A stretch of 64,000 nucleotides of DNA from Centroscyllium fabricii (lineage: Eukaryota), in contig JBNRSN020000086.1 in NCBI GenBank assembly GCA_051313645.2, forward strand, positions 2,728,001 to 2,792,000, given 5' to 3'. Shown one piece after another: positions 59,351 through 64,000 of this stretch. The notes beneath the pieces were generated by a model. The model made no database searches. It worked only from the letters and a program-made list of their open reading frames with translations, and was not told where the DNA came from. How positions within the stretch are numbered: the stretch's first letter is position 1; the number at the start of each line of letters is the position of its first letter. A program made the translations under genes and the position numbers.

Positions 59351-62272
59351 CATCTTATGTATACAGGTGCCAACACGCTGAAAAATCTTCCCTTAGTTTG
59401 AACGTTCTGAAATCAGCCATGTAAAATAATTGTTGATTGTTGCTTAGCATTCATACATGCTACATAGCTAAAGTATGATAGTGTTTGGTGGTCATTTCTA
59501 CCTGATTGTGCTCAATTCTGAACTGTTACAATATCCTTCATTCTTTACTCTGCTTCTCCTAGTAATACCTGAAGTCTCCTGCAAACAGTTTACTTCAAAC
59601 ACTGAGTTTCCCTGATCATAACTATTTCTGCTGACCTATACATCTGTGCCATCTCCATTGACACAATTTAAAATATCCCTTAAAAAGGCTTTCCAGCACC
59701 AGGATAATTTAATCTGGGAAACACCAACTTTAATATAGCAGATTTTATGTAGATAAACATCTCAAGGTGCTACACAGACACTTTTTTAAAAGCATGCCGA
59801 GCCAAAGAAGGAAATCATAGGAGGGGTGACCAAAGGCTTGACCAAAGAGGTGGGTTTTAACAAGGGTCTTAAAGGAGGAGAGGAGGGGGTATGTTTAGGG
59901 AGATAAATCCAGAGCATGGTACCTGGGCAGCTGAAGACAATGCATGAAAATAGCAGTCGTAAGCACCCGTTTTTATCAGGTAAGTGTTTACTTTTATTGA
60001 TTTTAAGTGTTGTTCTTTCAGGTTTATAATTTTTGTTAACTTTAAAGACAGGTAAGTATTCTTTTAGGCCTGTTAAAGTGAGTAAAAAAAATTATAATTT
60101 TTTCTTTTTTCTTTAAAGTAGGTAATTTATGTTAGTTGGAGTACTGCTAAAAAGATGTGGTGTTTTTAAAATTTTATTTTTGAGTTTAGATGTGTTTTGG
60201 AAGATCTCTCCTTTCAAAACTTACACAGATTTCTCCGTGTAAGTTTTGAATGGAGGATTGCTTCCATTGATTGGCTCCCTGCCAATCACGTGCTCTCAAA
60301 AGAGATCTCGAATTAATTACGCCATTGAGTTGCACATAAAGCTCCCACAAAGCTTTGACAAGCTGTGCAACTCAGAAAGTCACAGAGCAAAAATTCAAAA
60401 CGGCAGAAGTGCTGGGTAAGTGCAACTAGGAGCACTTCACCCACACGAAGGCTCCAGGGCTAATTTCTGGCCTCATATGTTCCCTTCACACCTTCCCCAG
60501 AGGACAGCAGTAGCAGTGCAACATGCTTGACAGAAAGTGATGACCAGACTCAACACTGTCTATAGTAGTCGCAGGACATGCAAGCTGATGCAGATAAGCA
60601 CAGACTTTAAGGAATCTGACAAAATAAGATTACATAGCGCTGCCACATACAAGGTAGATGGCCCACGATTTCAACCCACAATGCGCTGCCAGTTAACCAA
60701 TTCTACCTTTACTTTTCACCCATGATAACCTCTCACAAATCCTTACAGCTGTCACTGCATCTCATGCATACCCATACCTCAGCAGATGCAAGGTACAAAT
60801 GAAAGTGTTGCCACACTCATGGGCTTCACACATCAAAGCACTGGAACACAAACCCGGTCATTTACTAACACCCAGGATGGCCTTCTGGTCAGGCACATGT
60901 CAATTGTCACAGACCCTGTACTTTGAGAAATACACCAATACAATGACATAGGGCAGCTGTGTCGTTCTATTCAGTGGGAAAGCAGATGCATGTGCTGACC
61001 ATGCTAGCCAAAGCTTCCATTACCTGTTTGATCCGTCTGTGGGCAATACATTAGCTGATGGCTAGGAATGAGCTACAGGCATAACAGCTGAGGGCAGTGG
61101 TGACCTTGTCAACCACTTGAAATGCTGTCACTATGTTGCAAGATGGTGTTGTAAAGTTGTTACTGTCTGCTATCTTGAAAACCATAAGGGCATGAAGAAG
61201 TAAATTGAAAGGCTGTTCTGGTTCCAAATATTATTACTTTCATGAGTGAAGTATGGGACTGTGGTGAAAATTTAGTTTCATAACTGCACAAAAACAGAGT
61301 TTTGCCTACTGGCCACTTTATGGAAAGAACTAGCTACTTCAATTCTAATAAGGCCATAAGAATATTATTACCATGGTAATGATTAAAATAGCTAATTTAG
61401 CTAATACAACTGTAATTAGGATGTGTAAAATAAAAATGTGACTTTGACCTTTTCCCCATTTTTAAAATACTTTCATAAATATTCTTGAAAAAAAGCTAAA
61501 TGCATTAAAACTATGCATAGAAATGATGGAGCCTTAGTCATGATGAAAGAAGTATTGAAATATTGATTGAGCTAAGACTCACAAGGTTAATTTTCAGAGC
61601 GACCATACTAGGAGCAGAGTTTTCAAAATTGACCCCACAGTGTCATTATTCAAAGGTTCTTTAGGTCAAGTGAACAAAATAATACACACTGATAGGACAA
61701 TAGCCCGATAGCTCTGTTCTCACCTGTGCCTCCAGAGCACACAGTGTGAGAACATACTGGCTAGAGGTGTGGTTTTTCTCTACAGAAGGGAAGCTAAATT
61801 GGAGGACAACTTATCCTCACGTTTCCATTGGCTGTTTCAGACACCACTGGCAGAAGTTGGGAATGGGTTACCCAATTACCTTCTGGGCCATAACTGTAGA
61901 GCAAGGGGGAAAAACAGGAAGAAAATATAGTATGTTTCCTTCTTATTCATAAATGTATAGGTATAAAATAACAATGCAAAGAAAGAACTTGCATTCATAT
62001 AGCACTGTTCACATCCCAAAGTGCTTCACAGCAAATGATTTTTTTTCTGAAGTGTAGTCAGTGTAGTTATCTAGACAAATGTTGATAATTGCTCAGAAAG
62101 TCAGTTGTAGAATGCAGAGCAGATGCTTAATAATAATGCCCTTAAAACAGACAGAATTAGACATGTTAATTCCAACACTCAGCTGTCACAGAACAGAGAG
62201 TAAAATTGTATGTGATATCACTAAATTAAACTGATAATATAATTTTAGAAAAAATTGCTGTAAAGATGTTAC

Positions 62273-62431
62273 CTTTCATCCTTTTCTTAACCAACCATAT
62301 TGGTGTCAAGATTATGCAAATAATGAATAACACCACCACTGAAGTAATGGTGATCAGCACCCATGGAATTCTGTGAGCACTGGTATTGATTGGAGTGCTG
62401 AGAGTGGTTTCCAATGAGGATGTGGCAGTAC
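62273..62431 (-). CDS. Ig-superfamily receptor, S/T-rich stalk and transmembrane exon
   Basis: ttcacag|GT...AAAG|gtaac; IPWVLITITSVVVLFIICIILTPIWLV followed by KKRMK stop-transfer. Confidence 0.88.
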
Positions 62432-62518
62432 CTGTGAAAATAAATCCCAACTAAATCATTTTCTATTAAATTCACTGATCTAAAAAATACATCAGTGTAC
62501 AGTAACAAGGCAGATTAC

Positions 62519-62797
62519 CAGAAATTGGAATTTCCACTGGGCTGCTCTTCTCAGTACTGAAATTATTGCTGGCTTTGCAGAAGAAAAGACCACTACCCTC
62601 CTTCACTCTGGGATTGAGAACCAGTGTTTGTTGATAATGTTTTATTTTCTTGGCTTTTTCTGTCTTATTGGTCTTTCTGTGCCACATATAAGTGATAGGT
62701 AAAGAGCCGCTTGCAACTTCACATTTCAATATGACTGTGCTTTGTTCGGTAATATTTTGACCCGGAAGAACTCTGACAATGGGTTTTGAAACACCAT
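62519..62797 (-). CDS. Ig-superfamily receptor, C2/I-type domain exon
   Basis: ttttcag|AT...TCTG|gtaat, phase 1-1; VSKPIV..VILKCEVASGSLPITYMWH..GLFFCKASN. Confidence 0.9.
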
Positions 62798-63367
62798 CTG
62801 AAAAAAGAGAGAGGGGTATTTTTCAAAATGTGAAAGAAACAAAACATTGACCAAATTCTAGTGCATTGTAAACAGTCCTACAGTTTCAGTTAATCTTGTT
62901 TACAAATAAAGCTATGTGAAAATGTTTATTCGACTAGGACAAGTGTTGTTTCTACAGGTAATGAGATCACATAGATTCCATTATAGGTTGTGTTACCTGG
63001 CCCATGTGAGTATGAAGTTGTGTTCCAATGATGTTGAATAGGGAAGTTCCTCACTGCCCACCATCCCCATTCACAATATTGCTGGTGCAGAATTTAATTA
63101 AGACACATCACAGGGAGTTCTACATAAATCATCTGCACCAAGTTGCTTCTTCAGTGTTACAACATAAAATGCACCAGTAAGTGTGCAGGTGTTCTTCAAA
63201 AGATTTAGGATTATACAACATTTCAATAGAAAACATTTTCCCTTTAATCGTTAGAAATTTTAAAACTTTGCTACATTGTCACATTTGCAACAAAACTAGG
63301 TCAAATAAACTGGAAATTATAAACTTAATATTTTAATATATTTTTCTTTGAACATTTGCCATCTTAC

Positions 63368-63706
63368 CTTTTGTAACATGAAGGAAGGTCTCTTCATACC
63401 TGGTACTTTGGTTCTTGCTATGTATCTCACACGTGTATATTCCAAGATCTTCCAGCCTCAGGTGAGTGATTATAAGTGAGAGATTCCCAGATGAAGAATT
63501 TTCTGGCAGTTGAATCCTGTTTTGGTAAGTTTCATCTTGAACACTGAATTCAGAATTGCCAATGGTTCCCGTTATTAATGATGAATTATTCTTCAACCAA
63601 CTGAAGTTGGTGTATTGGCCATTAATGAAACTGGAGGAACATAGGAGCAATGCACTTCTCCCAATGGAACCATTCACCTTACGTTGCTGTGCTTGACGAA
63701 TAGAAA
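63368..63706 (-). CDS. Ig-superfamily receptor, V-set domain exon
   Basis: ttgcag|TT...AAAG|gtaag, phase 1-1; ALLLC..FSWLK..RIQL..GNLSLIITHLRLEDLGIYTC; many N-glycosylation sequons. Confidence 0.9.
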
Positions 63707-64000
63707 CTGCAAAGGGACAAGCAGAGAGATGAGCTAGCTTTCTGCATAGTGAATTTCCATTGTGTTTTAATAGATACAAAATTATTATCCTTACACTTTT
63801 AAATTACATTTGTATTTATAAAAATAAGGCCCATTATTCCATAAACTTAAAACCTGCTCATTTACATACAAATTACACCAGATGTGAGGGAAATAGTCCG
63901 TTAAAATATTTTTCATATTCACATTATCATCTTCGGCAACTTAGACAATATTCGATGAGTCTCAGTATCCAACAGCCAGCCTCTTTGCCTCAATGCTGCC

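Noticed and set aside
56860-59420. Terminal coding exons of the Ig receptor around the Rex1 insertion
   Set aside because: Candidate acceptors give short frames with no recognisable motifs; not supportable without transcripts.

Overview
Vertebrate genomic DNA, very probably a cartilaginous fish (HE1-type V-SINE, shark-style CR1/L2/Penelope repeats). Most of the window (2788-45995, + strand) is a spliced BOD1L1-like gene. I could chain 13 phase-compatible GT-AG exons from the BOD1/Shg1 domain to the stop codon, about 1,890 codons in-window; the first exons lie upstream. It includes a 3.6-kb exon dominated by an 81-bp (27-aa) coding tandem repeat. A convergent Ig-superfamily V-C2-TM receptor gene lies at the right end (- strand). 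Introns and intergenic DNA are packed with CR1, L2, Rex1/Babar, Penelope, SINEs and non-autonomous pogo/Tigger-, hAT- and Harbinger-like elements. Most unusual: (1) a full-length Gypsy-type LTR element whose gag-protease frame continues into an unidentified coiled-coil ORF instead of RT/RNase H/integrase, and whose LTRs contain a captured L2 RT fragment; (2) a 5S rRNA-derived SINE-like element with a Rex1-type tail; (3) small DNA elements loaded with NRF1/YY1-like motifs; (4) a G-quadruplex minisatellite inside a hAT element abutting an exon; (5) Penelope hammerhead ribozyme motifs. All calls come from reading the sequence and from recalled family knowledge; no searches were run.
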